From the NCBI GenBank assembly GCA_963770895.1, contig CAVYRF010000002.1, positions 992,001-1,056,000 of the forward strand: a stretch of DNA of 64,000 bases. Reading direction: 5' to 3'. Within the stretch, counting starts at the first letter, position 1, and every line of letters starts with the position of its first letter. The stretch is from an uncultured Acidobacteriota bacterium. GTDB taxonomy: Bacteria > Acidobacteriota > Thermoanaerobaculia > Multivoradales > UBA5704. Below are positions 40,517-50,226 of this stretch, piece after piece. Below the pieces are notes generated by a model that saw only the letters and a program-made list of their open reading frames with translations, was not told where the DNA came from and ran no database searches. Position numbers and translations under genes: made by a program.

Positions 40517-40748
40517 ACCGCTCGCCACGCCGGTCGCCCCGCGTTTCAAGCAGCGTGCGCACGGCGCGGGCGGTGCGACCCTGGCGGCCGATCACCTTGC
40601 CCAGGTCGTCCGGCGCCACGCGCAGCTCCAAAACCGAGCCGTGATCGCGCCGCGCCGCCCCCGACTCCAGCTCCGAGACCGCCACCGCATCCGCATCGTC
40701 CACCAGCAGACGCGCCAGATCGCGGAGATCGTCGGCCAGCTCAGGCAT
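40491..40748 (-). CDS. khpA: KH-domain RNA-binding protein
   Basis: DDLGKVIGRQGRTARAVR; follows rpsP. Confidence 0.9.
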   Translation of the reverse strand: MPELADDLRDLARLLVDDADAVAVSELESGAARRDHGSVLELRVAPDDLGKVIGRQGRTARAVRTLLETRGDRRGERYELEILED

Positions 40749-41049
40749 TGGCTTCGGGCTTTGCCTGCCGCTTGGCGCGCGCCGGCTTGGCCGCCGCGGC
40801 CGGCACCGCAGGCGCGGCCTTGGCGCCGTCCACCAGCCGCTTGACCGTCGGCGACAGCTGCGCCCCCTTGGCGATCCAATGATGGATCCGCTCGGAGTTA
40901 AGGCGCACCTCGGCCGGATTGGTGGTCGGATTGTAGTGCCCCAGCTCCTCGACCGCCGAAGCGGTGGGGACGTTGCGCGAATCCGACACCACCACGCGAT
41001 AGAAGGGGCTGTGCCGAGCGCCCATACGGCGCAGGCGAATCTTCAACAT
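40741..41049 (-). CDS. rpsP: 30S ribosomal protein S16
   Basis: MLKIRLRRMG..HSPFYRVVV, GHYNP, GAQLSPTV. Confidence 0.96.
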   Translation of the reverse strand: MLKIRLRRMGARHSPFYRVVVSDSRNVPTASAVEELGHYNPTTNPAEVRLNSERIHHWIAKGAQLSPTVKRLVDGAKAAPAVPAAAAKPARAKRQAKPEANA

Positions 41050-41364
41050 TTCTTCGAGCCTCACGTTCAGGTCACTGGAAGGGACCGCGGCCAGGCGCGC
41101 CGAACCAATCCGCATCCCGGCCGCCCCCGCACCCGCAAAGACGGGCGAGTCTAGCAGATCCAGCAATCCTCCGCCAACTGCGCCGGGCCGCGAAGGAAAA
41201 ACGAACCCGCGGAGAAGGTGCGCCAAGGACAGGCGTCGCGCCAGGGTCTAGCCTGCCTGTACCGTGCCGTCCGACCCGACGGCGGCAAACCCGGTGCCGG
41301 CGGCGCGCAGCTTCCGGCCCAAGCGCGGTGACGTCCGCGGCGACGCTCGCCACAAGGAGAGCTC

Positions 41365-42159
41365 ATGCACCTGAACTCCGCTTCCCGATCCCTCTTGCTG
41401 GCCGTTGCCGTCCTGGCTGCCGGCGCCTGCCAGAAGACGCCGCCGGCGCCCGCCGCGACCGGCTCGCCATCCGGCGCCACCTCGACCACGACGACCACGG
41501 CGACCGCCACGAGCGGCGCGGCGACCGCTGCGACGGCACCGGCTGCCCAGATTCCCAGGGCACAGGTCTGCTCGCTGCTCTCCGCCGCGGACGTCGGCGC
41601 GATCATGGGCAAGACGCTGGTCCAAAGCCCCGACAACTGCTCCTACGGCCTGGACCCCAGCGCCAAGGAAGCGGCGCTGGCCAAGACCCAGCAGGCGTGG
41701 GACGCCGCCGCCAAGGGGGGCAACCCAGGCGCCATGCTGCCTGGCATGCAAAAGGTTGGAAGGCAGCAGCAGCAGACCGGCGCCGTCATGATGGACCAGA
41801 TGGAAGTCTCGGTAGACGCCCATCGCGACGATCAGACCGAAGAGGCCGTCAAGGAGCTGTATGCCAAGACCGGCAAGGTCGTGCACGGCACCCTGGCACC
41901 CGAGCAGCACGGTCTCAACGGCTTCATCGAAGGGATGACCGAGGTGAGCGGCGTGGGCGATTGGGCGTTCGCCACCAATATCGCATCGGTCAACATGGGG
42001 ATGGGCTTCACCATCCGCGGCCGCATCCTGGAGGCGCGCAAGGGACCCTGGCACGTCACAGTTTCCGCCACGGTGTCGCCCGACCCTGGCGTCACCACGC
42101 TCGACGACCAGATGGCCAGGGTGGCGCGCGCCCTGATCGCCAAGCTCGAGCAGAGCTGA
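41365..42159 (+). CDS. Putative lipoprotein
   Basis: AAGGAG SD; lipobox LAAGA-C; Thr-rich linker; CSLLS..C pair. Confidence 0.75.
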   Translation: MHLNSASRSLLLAVAVLAAGACQKTPPAPAATGSPSGATSTTTTTATATSGAATAATAPAAQIPRAQVCSLLSAADVGAIMGKTLVQSPDNCSYGLDPSAKEAALAKTQQAWDAAAKGGNPGAMLPGMQKVGRQQQQTGAVMMDQMEVSVDAHRDDQTEEAVKELYAKTGKVVHGTLAPEQHGLNGFIEGMTEVSGVGDWAFATNIASVNMGMGFTIRGRILEARKGPWHVTVSATVSPDPGVTTLDDQMARVARALIAKLEQS

Positions 42160-42211
42160 CCGCCGCGCCGGCGACGGCGGCGACGACCTGTGGACCTGCG
42201 AGCCTGCGGCC

Positions 42212-43534
42212 CTACATGCCGCCGCCCAGGGCTTTGCGCAGCCACTTGCCCTGGACGCCTTTGAACATCTTCTGCATGCCGCGGTACTGCTTGAGCAGGC
42301 GGTTGATGTCCTGCACCGAGGTGCCGGAGCCGATGGCGACGCGGCGCTTGCGGCTGCCGTTGAGCACGTCGGGGCGCCGGCGCTCGTGCGGGGTCATGGA
42401 GTTGATGATGGCTTCGACGCGCTTCAGGCCGCCCTCGTCGACGTTGGCGCCTTCGAGGCCGCGCAGCGGCCCCACCTTGGGAAGCAGCTCCAGGACCTGC
42501 GACAGGGGACCCATGCGGCGCAGCTGCCGCAGCTGGTCGCGCAGGTCCTCCAGGGTGAACTGCTGGTGAGCCAGGCGATGCGCCAGGCGCTCGGCTTCGT
42601 CGCGGTCCAGGCCGCGCTCGGCCTTCTCGATCAGCGACAGGACGTCGCCCATGCCGATCATGCGCGAGGCCATGCGCTCGGGGTGGAACAGCTCCAGGTC
42701 GTCGGCCTTCTCGCCGACGCCGACGAAGCGGATCGGCACCTGGGCCACGGTGCGGATGGACAGCGCGGCACCGCCGCGGGAGTCGCCGTCCAGCTTGGTC
42801 AGGATGACGCCTGTCAGGCGCAGTGCCTGGGCGAACTGCTCGGCGCTGCGCACCGCGTCCTGGCCGGTCATCGAGTCGGCGACGAACAGCGTCTCATCCG
42901 GCGACAGCTCCTTGGCGAGCGCCGCCAGCTCCTGCATCAAGGCCTCGTCCACGTGCAGGCGGCCGGCGGTGTCCACGATCACCACGTCGTGGCCGCGCTG
43001 GCGGGCCACCGCGACACCGCGGGCGGCCAGGGCCAACACCGTTTCGCCTGGCTCGGGGGCGACCACCGGCACCTCGACGCCCTTGCCCACCTGTTGCAGC
43101 TGCTCGACCGCGGCAGCGCGCTGCAGGTCGCCGGCGACCAGCAGCGGGTGGCGGCCGCGCGCCTTCAGCCGCTTGGCCAGCTTGCCCACGGTGGTGGTCT
43201 TGCCGGACCCCTGCAGGCCGCACAGCAGCACCACCGCCGGGCGGCCTTCCAGACGCAGGTCGGCGCCCTCTTCGCCCAGCAGCGCGGTCAGCTCGTCGCG
43301 CACCACCTTGATGACCTGCTGCGCCGGCGTCAGGCTCTCCATCACCTCGGCGCCCAGCGCGCGCTCCCGCACCCGCTCGATGAACGGCTTGACCACCCGC
43401 ACCTGGACGTCGGCTTCCAGCAGCACCAAGCGGATCTGGCGCATCGCCGCCTGCAACGCCTCGGGGGTGATCTTGCCCTCGCCCCGCAGCTGGGAGAACA
43501 CCTCTTGCAGCTTGGATTGCAACCCGTCGAACAT
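42212..43534 (-). CDS. ffh: Signal recognition particle protein
   Basis: GLQGSGKTT, DTAGR, TKLDGDSRGG, M domain IINSMT..ER. Confidence 0.97.
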   Translation of the reverse strand: MFDGLQSKLQEVFSQLRGEGKITPEALQAAMRQIRLVLLEADVQVRVVKPFIERVRERALGAEVMESLTPAQQVIKVVRDELTALLGEEGADLRLEGRPAVVLLCGLQGSGKTTTVGKLAKRLKARGRHPLLVAGDLQRAAAVEQLQQVGKGVEVPVVAPEPGETVLALAARGVAVARQRGHDVVIVDTAGRLHVDEALMQELAALAKELSPDETLFVADSMTGQDAVRSAEQFAQALRLTGVILTKLDGDSRGGAALSIRTVAQVPIRFVGVGEKADDLELFHPERMASRMIGMGDVLSLIEKAERGLDRDEAERLAHRLAHQQFTLEDLRDQLRQLRRMGPLSQVLELLPKVGPLRGLEGANVDEGGLKRVEAIINSMTPHERRRPDVLNGSRKRRVAIGSGTSVQDINRLLKQYRGMQKMFKGVQGKWLRKALGGGM

Positions 43535-43637
43535 CGCGTCACCTCATCCAGCGTCGAACCCGCTGCGCCGGCAGCGGCCGGACGGACCGGGCCGGCATCG
43601 TACCATCCCGGCCCGGCGGCGCGGCCTCACCCAAACC

Positions 43638-43667
43638 CCGCCCATGCCGCCCATGCCGCCCATGCCG
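43638..43667 (+). repeat. 9-bp tandem repeat (CCGCCCATG)x3 in the divergent ffh / phosphoesterase intergenic region
   Basis: ccgcccatg ccgcccatg ccgcccatg ccg. Confidence 0.7.
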
Positions 43668-43700
43668 AAGGCGCCGCGGGCGGCGGGATAGACTCCGCGG

Positions 43701-45221
43701 GTGAGCCGTCGTCGCCTTGCGGTCTGGGCCGCTGCCGCCGTCATCGCCGCCGTGCTGGCCGGCGTCGACGCCTTCTGGTTCGAAACGCGGGTGCTGTTGC
43801 TGCAGGACAGCATCCACATGCCGCTGCTCGCCGGCGCGGCGCGCCTGCGCCTGGCGCACCTGAGCGACCTGCACGTCACCGGCGACGCGCCGCTGCTGCA
43901 CGACCTGCTGCAACGGGTCGCGGCGGCGCATCCCGACGTGGTGGTCGTCACCGGCGACTTCATCCGCGACGTGCCCGAGCCGCGGGAGCTGACCCGCCAC
44001 GTCGACGCCGCGGCGGCCTTCGTGTCGCAGCTGCGCCGGCTGGTGCCGCAGGCGCCGGTGCTGGCGGTGCAGGGCCACAGCGAGTACGCGGGCGAAGTGA
44101 TCGTCGCCCTGCGGCGCGCCGGCGTGACCTGGCTTTCGGACGAGGGCCGGCGCATCGGGCCGGACGGCGACCTGCTGGTCCTCGGCGTCAACCAGCAGGT
44201 GGGGATCGACCGCCTGGCGGCCGCCGGCCGCTCGCCGTTCCGCATCGCGCGGGTGAACGGCCAGTGGGTGCACAGCGCCCGGCTCGGGCCGCCGTTGCGC
44301 AACTTCTACAGCCACTACGACCCGGCGCCGCCCAGCCTGGCCGATACCGGGGGACCGCTCGCCTGGAGCGGCTACGACACCCTGGCCGACGTGCGCATCG
44401 ACCGCGAATCCACCGGCGCCGGCATCGAAGCCCACAGCCGCTACGTGGTGGGCGAGGACCGCATGATCCGCCTGCGCCGCATGAGCCGCGAAGACAACGA
44501 TACCGGCACCTTCTGCCTGATCGCCCACGGCACCGTGTTCACCGGCGGCGCCGCCGACCACCTGGACACCGGCGTCGAGCCGCAGCCCGGCCGCTGGTAC
44601 CGGCTGCGCCTGCGCACCCGCGTGGAGCCCGCAGCGGTACGGGTCTGGGCACGCGCCTGGCCGGCCGATCAGCCGGAGCCGGCGGCCTGGCAGGCCTGGG
44701 CGGAGGATCGTTCGCCCGAGCGCGTCGAGTCGGGCACCGTGGGCGTATGGGCCTGGGGCGGCGGCACCGTCCTCTACCGCAACGTACAGGCGATCGACGC
44801 CGCCGGCCGGACTCTCTTTTGCGACCCGGCCGGCGGGCCGCGGCGGCCGCGCGACTGGCGTGACGAGGCGCGCGGCACCCGACTGGAGCTGGCGCTGGCG
44901 CGCAGCCCCACAACGCCGCCCGGCACGCCGCGCCTGGTGCTGTCCCACACCCCCGACGTCGTGCTGGAAGCGTCGCAGCGCGGCATCGAGGCGGTGCTCG
45001 CCGGCCACACCCACGGCGGCCAGGTGCGCCTGCCCTTCGTCGGCGCGATCACCACCCGCTCGTCGCTCGGCCCCTTCTACTCCGCCGGCCTGTTCGACTT
45101 TGCCGCCCCCAACCAGCGCGGGCTCACCACCCTGTTCATCAACTCGGGCGTCGGCACCTCGCTGCTCCCTGTCCGCTTCCTCTGCCCGCCGCGCTTCGCC
45201 ATCGTCGACCTGGGCCGCTGA
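43701..45221 (+). CDS. Calcineurin-like metallophosphoesterase with a large inserted beta-rich domain
   Basis: SDLH, TGDF, GHSE (GNH-like position), SHTPD, AGHTHGGQ, NSGVG. Confidence 0.82.
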   Translation: MSRRRLAVWAAAAVIAAVLAGVDAFWFETRVLLLQDSIHMPLLAGAARLRLAHLSDLHVTGDAPLLHDLLQRVAAAHPDVVVVTGDFIRDVPEPRELTRHVDAAAAFVSQLRRLVPQAPVLAVQGHSEYAGEVIVALRRAGVTWLSDEGRRIGPDGDLLVLGVNQQVGIDRLAAAGRSPFRIARVNGQWVHSARLGPPLRNFYSHYDPAPPSLADTGGPLAWSGYDTLADVRIDRESTGAGIEAHSRYVVGEDRMIRLRRMSREDNDTGTFCLIAHGTVFTGGAADHLDTGVEPQPGRWYRLRLRTRVEPAAVRVWARAWPADQPEPAAWQAWAEDRSPERVESGTVGVWAWGGGTVLYRNVQAIDAAGRTLFCDPAGGPRRPRDWRDEARGTRLELALARSPTTPPGTPRLVLSHTPDVVLEASQRGIEAVLAGHTHGGQVRLPFVGAITTRSSLGPFYSAGLFDFAAPNQRGLTTLFINSGVGTSLLPVRFLCPPRFAIVDLGR

Positions 45222-45292
45222 CCGCCGCGCGACCGGCCACGGGGGCCACTGCTGCACAGGCGTTCGGCCAGCGGCGGCGGGCGCCGCGGGGG

Positions 45293-47878
45293 TCAGCCGG
45301 CGCCCGGCCCGGCGTCCGGCGCCGCGGCGCCGCGGTCGCTCCGGCCGGCGCTCCAGCTGAGAAAAGCGGGCACCAGGGTGACGGCGACGAGCGAGGTGAA
45401 CAGGGCGCCCAGCACCGCCACCTTGCCGGTCGATTGCAGGCCGGGGTAGTGGGAAAAGATGATCGAGCCGAAGCCGACGATGGTGCACAGGGCGGCCGCG
45501 GCAACCGCCTTGCCGGTCTCGCGCAGGCTCTGGTCGTGGACCGGCCGCGGCGCCCCGCGCAGCTCGCGGTGGCGATGCACGACGTAGATGCCGTAGTCGG
45601 TGCCGATGCCGATGATCATGGTGGTGACGAAGATGTTGATGAAGTTGAGCTTCAGCCCCAGCACCACCATGCCCGCGACCATCCAGACCATGCCCACCAG
45701 CAGCGGCGCCAGCGCCAGCAGCGTCGAGCCCAGGCTGCGAAAGGCGATGGCCAGGACGATCGCCACCAGCACCAGGCCGATGACGCCCGCGATCCAGGCG
45801 TCGTGCACCACGATCTCGCGGATCTTCTGGTTGACGACGTTGATGCCCGCCAGCTCCGCCTGGGGACCCAGCCCGGCGGCGAGCTGCGCCACGCCCGGCG
45901 GCACTTCCCGCCGCCAGCGAGGATCGGGCGGCGGGTAGAGGTACACGGCGGCGCGGTACCCCCAAGGCTTCTTCTTGAGATACCGATCGAGCAGCAGCTG
46001 CGTCTGCGGCAGGCGCGCAAAATCCGCCACCCCCAGGGGGTGGACCAGCGACAGCGCCTGCTGCAGAAGGTCGAGCCCCGGCGCGAAGGGCTCGGGACGC
46101 AGACCCTCGCGCCGCATCGCCGCATCGAACTGCCGCCGCACGCGATCCATGTCCAGGGCCTGCGGGCGCTGCCGCGCCAGCCACGCCAGCACCTGCTCCT
46201 GGCGGCTGCGCGGCGGGATCAGCGCCGAAGGAGCGCTCACCCCCAGGAGCACGCCGCGCGCCACCAGGTCGTGCGCCGCGGTTTCGGCGCGCTCCGACAG
46301 CTCCAGGGTCTCGTCGACGGTGCGTCCGGACAGCGACAGCAGCATCGAGTCGAAACCCGAGCCGAAGTGCTTGCCCACCTCGGCGCTCACCCGGCTGCCG
46401 CTGTTGATGGTCGGGCGCATGCTGGCCATGCTTTCGTCGAACGTCACCCGGCTGGCCACCCCGACCGCCGCCAGGGTCGCCAACGCCCCCAACGCCATCG
46501 CCGCGCGCGGCCGCCGCATGCACAGGGCGGTCAGCCGCCGCGTGCCCATGCCCTGCAGGAAAAGCCTGGGCGCGGTGCGCCGGCGCTCGGCGTGGTCGTG
46601 GCCCCACGCCAGCATCGCCGGCAGCAGCAGCAGCACCGCGACCATGCAGAACAGGATGCCGGTGCCGGTCAGCAGGCCCATCTGGCGCAGGCCGGTGAAT
46701 TCGGTGAAGGTGAAGGCGTAGAAGGTGGCGGCGGTGGTCGTGGCCCCGGCGATCACCGCGCCGCCGGTCGCGCCGCACATGGTGGCCAGCGCCTCCTCCA
46801 CGTCCTGGCCGCGCTGGCGTTCCTCGACGAAGCGCCCGTAGGACACGATGACGAAGTCGATCCCCAGGCCGATGAGCAGCGCCGCGCAGATGCTGGTCGC
46901 CGACGACAGCGACCCGAACGCCACCGCGGCGAAGCCGAAGGTGAGGGCCAGGCCGGTCAGCAGCGGCACGAAGGCGTAGATCAGCGCGCCGGCGCGCCGG
47001 AAGGCGAACAGGAACAGCGCCAGCACCGCCAGCGCCGACGTCGCCATGTTGACGAACATGTCGTGCCGGATGAGCGACGCATCCGAAAGGGTCGTCAGGT
47101 ACGGGCCGCCGATCTCGACCACCGGCCGCGCCGGGCCGTCCGGCCCGGCAAACGTCTCCCAGCGCGAGAGCGAATCGTCGACGATGCGCTGGGCGCCCGC
47201 GGTCAGGCGCTCGTCGAACGGGATGCTCTGCGGCGAGCGGCGCGGCTCCGCCAGCAGCAGCAGCAGGCGGTGGTCGCGCGACAGGTAGTAGCCGCTCGCC
47301 CAATCCACCTGCAGCGTGCCGCGGGAACCGTTGATGTGCTCCAGGAAGATGTCGGACAGGCCCAGCGGATCCAGCTTGACCAGCTCCTTGATCGACAGCG
47401 CCTGCGGCGTGGTCAGCTGGCGGCGCAGCTCGCCGGCGCGGCGGCTGATCCCCGCCTCGCTCAGCCGCGCCTCCAGCTGGCGCTCGCCGGCGGCATCCAG
47501 GAACAGCACCGACTTGGGGAAGAAGGCGGCCAGCAGCTCCTCGGGGTTGCCCAGCCTGGACTGCACCGACTTGATCTCGGGGAGCTTGGCGAGGTGCGCC
47601 GCCAGGTCGTCCGCCAGCGACTCGTAGGGTTCCGGCACCGCGCCAGGGGGCAGCCGCACTACCACCATCAGGTAGGTGTTGCTGCCGAAGTCCTGCAGCA
47701 TGTCGATGTACGAGTGGATCGCCGGGTCGCGGCGCGGCAGCAGGTTGAGCACGTCGGTGTCGAACGACAGCCGCGAAATCGCCACGCCCGAGGCCGCGAC
47801 CAACACTGCGAACACCGCGAAGATGGCGCGGTACCGCCGGCGCGCCAACCGCGCCAGCCCGGCGAGGAACCGGTTCAC
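45293..47878 (-). CDS. MMPL/RND family exporter
   Basis: Two TM repeats with GLGIDF and GIGTDY, TIVGFGS. Confidence 0.88.
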   Translation of the reverse strand: MNRFLAGLARLARRRYRAIFAVFAVLVAASGVAISRLSFDTDVLNLLPRRDPAIHSYIDMLQDFGSNTYLMVVVRLPPGAVPEPYESLADDLAAHLAKLPEIKSVQSRLGNPEELLAAFFPKSVLFLDAAGERQLEARLSEAGISRRAGELRRQLTTPQALSIKELVKLDPLGLSDIFLEHINGSRGTLQVDWASGYYLSRDHRLLLLLAEPRRSPQSIPFDERLTAGAQRIVDDSLSRWETFAGPDGPARPVVEIGGPYLTTLSDASLIRHDMFVNMATSALAVLALFLFAFRRAGALIYAFVPLLTGLALTFGFAAVAFGSLSSATSICAALLIGLGIDFVIVSYGRFVEERQRGQDVEEALATMCGATGGAVIAGATTTAATFYAFTFTEFTGLRQMGLLTGTGILFCMVAVLLLLPAMLAWGHDHAERRRTAPRLFLQGMGTRRLTALCMRRPRAAMALGALATLAAVGVASRVTFDESMASMRPTINSGSRVSAEVGKHFGSGFDSMLLSLSGRTVDETLELSERAETAAHDLVARGVLLGVSAPSALIPPRSRQEQVLAWLARQRPQALDMDRVRRQFDAAMRREGLRPEPFAPGLDLLQQALSLVHPLGVADFARLPQTQLLLDRYLKKKPWGYRAAVYLYPPPDPRWRREVPPGVAQLAAGLGPQAELAGINVVNQKIREIVVHDAWIAGVIGLVLVAIVLAIAFRSLGSTLLALAPLLVGMVWMVAGMVVLGLKLNFINIFVTTMIIGIGTDYGIYVVHRHRELRGAPRPVHDQSLRETGKAVAAAALCTIVGFGSIIFSHYPGLQSTGKVAVLGALFTSLVAVTLVPAFLSWSAGRSDRGAAAPDAGPGAG

Positions 47879-48471
47879 TGCGCCGCGCCCCGCGTCGAGG
47901 GCGGCTCACCGCCGGCCATCGGCGCCGGGCTGGACGCGGCAACCAGGTAGCGGCGGAAGCGCACAAAGTACTCCACGCCGGAGTAGACCGAGATCGCGAC
48001 CGCCGCCCACAGCGAGACCAGCGACACGTGTCGCAGTTCGCCCGGCAGCTGGTTGTGGATGATCAAGGTCGAGACGGCAACGATCTGCACCACGGTCTTG
48101 ACCTTGCCCAGGAAACCGGCCGGGATCACCATGTTTTCAGCCGCGGCAAAGCTGCGCAGGGCGCTGACCGCAAACTCACGCGCCACGATCACCACCACCA
48201 TCCAGGCCGCCGCCAGCCCCATCTCGACCAGCGAGATGAACGCCGCCGAGATCAGGATCTTGTCGGCGGCCGGATCGAGCAAGGTGCCCAGACGCGTCAC
48301 CTGGCTCCGTCGCCGCGCCAGGTAGCCGTCAAAGAAATCCATCAGCGCCGCGAGCAGGAACAGGCCCAGCCCCCACCACTCCTTGTCCTCGAACTGGGTC
48401 AGCAGCACCACCACCAACGGCGGCACCAGCAGGATCCGGCAGATCGAAAGCAGGTTGGGGAGATTGAGCAT
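47875..48471 (-). CDS. pgsA: CDP-diacylglycerol--glycerol-3-phosphate 3-phosphatidyltransferase
   Basis: NLPNLLS..R, DFFDGYLARR..G..LDPAADK, REF. Confidence 0.92.
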   Translation of the reverse strand: MLNLPNLLSICRILLVPPLVVVLLTQFEDKEWWGLGLFLLAALMDFFDGYLARRRSQVTRLGTLLDPAADKILISAAFISLVEMGLAAAWMVVVIVAREFAVSALRSFAAAENMVIPAGFLGKVKTVVQIVAVSTLIIHNQLPGELRHVSLVSLWAAVAISVYSGVEYFVRFRRYLVAASSPAPMAGGEPPSTRGAAQ

Positions 48472-48639
48472 CGGATGAGGGAAGGTCGCCCCCGGCATTC
48501 TATGCCACCTCCGCCAGGGCCAGCCGGCGCCGCGGCATCCCGGCGCACACACCGACCCCCAGGCGCCCATCGGCGGCAGCGCTGGCCGGCGCCGGCGCTG
48601 CTGCCGGGCGGCCAGGTGGCTGGAGAGCCAGGTGGCTAG

Positions 48640-49416
48640 CTAGTGGCTGCTGGGGGTGCTGGACAGCGCGGTCGTCACCACCAGGCGGCCGCTGCTGCCG
48701 CGGGTGACGTAGGGGGCCGGCCGCAGGCCGGCGCGGGGTGCCGACGTGGCGGCGGCCGCCGCCACCCGCGCCGGCAGCATCACCGCGGCGCCCTGGTACA
48801 GGGACATCACCCGCTGCACGTAGTCGATCGTGTCGGGGAAGGGCGGGACGCCGCCGTGCCGCTCGACCGCGCCCGGCCCGGCGTTGTAGGCCGCCAGGGC
48901 CATTTCGACGCTGCCGTGGAAGGCGTCGATCATCTGGCGCAGGTAGGTGATGCCGCCGCGCAGGTTCTCTTCGACGTCGAACGGATGCCGCACCGCCAGC
49001 TCGGCCGCGGTTTCGGGCATCAGCTGCATCAGCCCCATGGCGCCCTTGTTGGAGCGCGCCCGGTGGTTGTACCCCGATTCGACCTGGATCACCGCCCGCA
49101 CCAGCCGCGGGTCCAGCCCATGCTCACCGCTGTGACGCACGATCAGCGGTTCCAGCGCCCCCACCGGCAGCCCCGGCACGTCGGGCACCGGCAGCAGCTC
49201 GCCGGCAAAGCGGCGGGCATGCTGCACCGAGCTCTCGTTGAAGATCACCTTGCGCCCCGCGGCATCGACGCTCAACTGCACGGGATGCGCCTTGGGAGCG
49301 GTTTGAAAGGGGTGCACCTGCGAAAAACCGACCTGGATCTGGAACGCCCCCGCCGACGTCACCGACAGCCAGGCCAGCGCTCCTCCCAAGCAGACAACCG
49401 TCCTTGCAGCCTTCAC
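48640..49416 (-). CDS. Lytic transglycosylase (SLT domain), secreted
   Basis: VIQVES, GAMGLMQLMP, ALAAYNAG; GGAGG SD then GTG at 49416. Confidence 0.9.
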   Translation of the reverse strand: MKAARTVVCLGGALAWLSVTSAGAFQIQVGFSQVHPFQTAPKAHPVQLSVDAAGRKVIFNESSVQHARRFAGELLPVPDVPGLPVGALEPLIVRHSGEHGLDPRLVRAVIQVESGYNHRARSNKGAMGLMQLMPETAAELAVRHPFDVEENLRGGITYLRQMIDAFHGSVEMALAAYNAGPGAVERHGGVPPFPDTIDYVQRVMSLYQGAAVMLPARVAAAAATSAPRAGLRPAPYVTRGSSGRLVVTTALSSTPSSH

Positions 49417-49809
49417 GTCATTCCTCCACCGACAATTGGGAGCGCGATCATAGCCGCCGCAAACCCCAATGACAAGCGGGCAACGGGTAGTGGGGTGCGC
49501 CTCTTGCTGGCCCAGGGATAGGGGTATCCACCGCTGTGGTCGCCGACCCGCCACTGCCTGCCGAGGTAGCGGGCGCCGATCGAAGTCACGAAGTCACGCA
49601 TGCCGACGAGAAGACAGCGGTGCCTGCACAGGCAGAAGCACAAAAGTGCCCCGGTCTCCTCGCACTGGCAACACCCTCTTAGCATGAGCTGCCGTTTCGT
49701 CGGAACGGAACATCCACGACCAGGCCAACGGAACCCAGGTCTGTGGATACGGAACCCGTGGCACGCACCGCGGCGGTCGCGCGATCCAACGGGGTCCCTG
49801 GAGAAGGGT

Positions 49810-50094
49810 ATGCGTCTTCGAAGTGTCGCTCTCGTAGCTCTCGCCTTGTTCCTGCTTGGCCTCCCTGTTTCAGGTTCGGCTATGGACATCCTGCACGGCA
49901 TGCGTGCGGGAGTCGAGGTGGCGTCCTTGCCCAACTCGTGGTGGACCCGATTCGAGCGGGTTTTGCGAGGGATCCTGCCAACCGGGACGCCCGATCGCCA
50001 CGTTGACAGCCGCTCAGCCGGTGGCGGCACACACGGCGGAAGTGTCCACAGCCAGGGCAACATCGGCATGGACCCGAACGGTGGCGGCGGCTAG
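49810..50094 (+). CDS. Small secreted protein (94 aa) ending GNIGMDPNGGGG; candidate signalling propeptide
   Basis: GGAGAAGGG upstream of the ATG; signal peptide MRLRSVALVALALFLLGLPVSGSA; followed by a terminator. Confidence 0.65.
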   Translation: MRLRSVALVALALFLLGLPVSGSAMDILHGMRAGVEVASLPNSWWTRFERVLRGILPTGTPDRHVDSRSAGGGTHGGSVHSQGNIGMDPNGGGG

Positions 50095-50122
50095 GGAAAA
50101 CCAGCTCGCAGTGTTCGTTTTT

Positions 50123-50153
50123 GGGGCGCCGGCACTTGCCGGCGCTTTGTTTT
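50123..50153 (+). terminator. Rho-independent terminator
   Basis: GCGCCGGC-actt-GCCGGCGC followed by TTTGTTTT. Confidence 0.75.
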
Positions 50154-50226
50154 GCAGTTGCACACAGGGTGCGCATTCGCTAGAGTTCACGACACTGAAA
50201 TACGTTACCGTGGGAGGGAATGCCGG

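Noticed and set aside
41284-41350. Resemblance to a c-di-GMP-I riboswitch (GGCAAACC...GGCGC..AGCTTCCGGCCCAAG)
   Set aside because: It lacks the GNRA tetraloop, the GCAAA junction and a matching 3' strand; a cmsearch would be needed, and I consider it coincidental.
19803-47966. Very long alternative-frame ORFs (e.g. 19803-24416, 34849-37902, 43539-47966)
   Set aside because: Arg/Gly/Ala-rich shadow ORFs expected at this GC content, overlapping well-supported genes.
50050-50094. DPNG tail as a lasso-peptide core
   Set aside because: Asp is at position 6 from the Gly, there is no Thr at -2, a Sec signal is present, and there are no lasso B/C genes.
49413-50176. Track ORFs 49413-50069(-), the 49600 start and the 50152 start
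   Set aside because: No SD or recognisable motifs; the starts at 49810 and 50227 have SD sequences and give a clean signal peptide and zinc domain.
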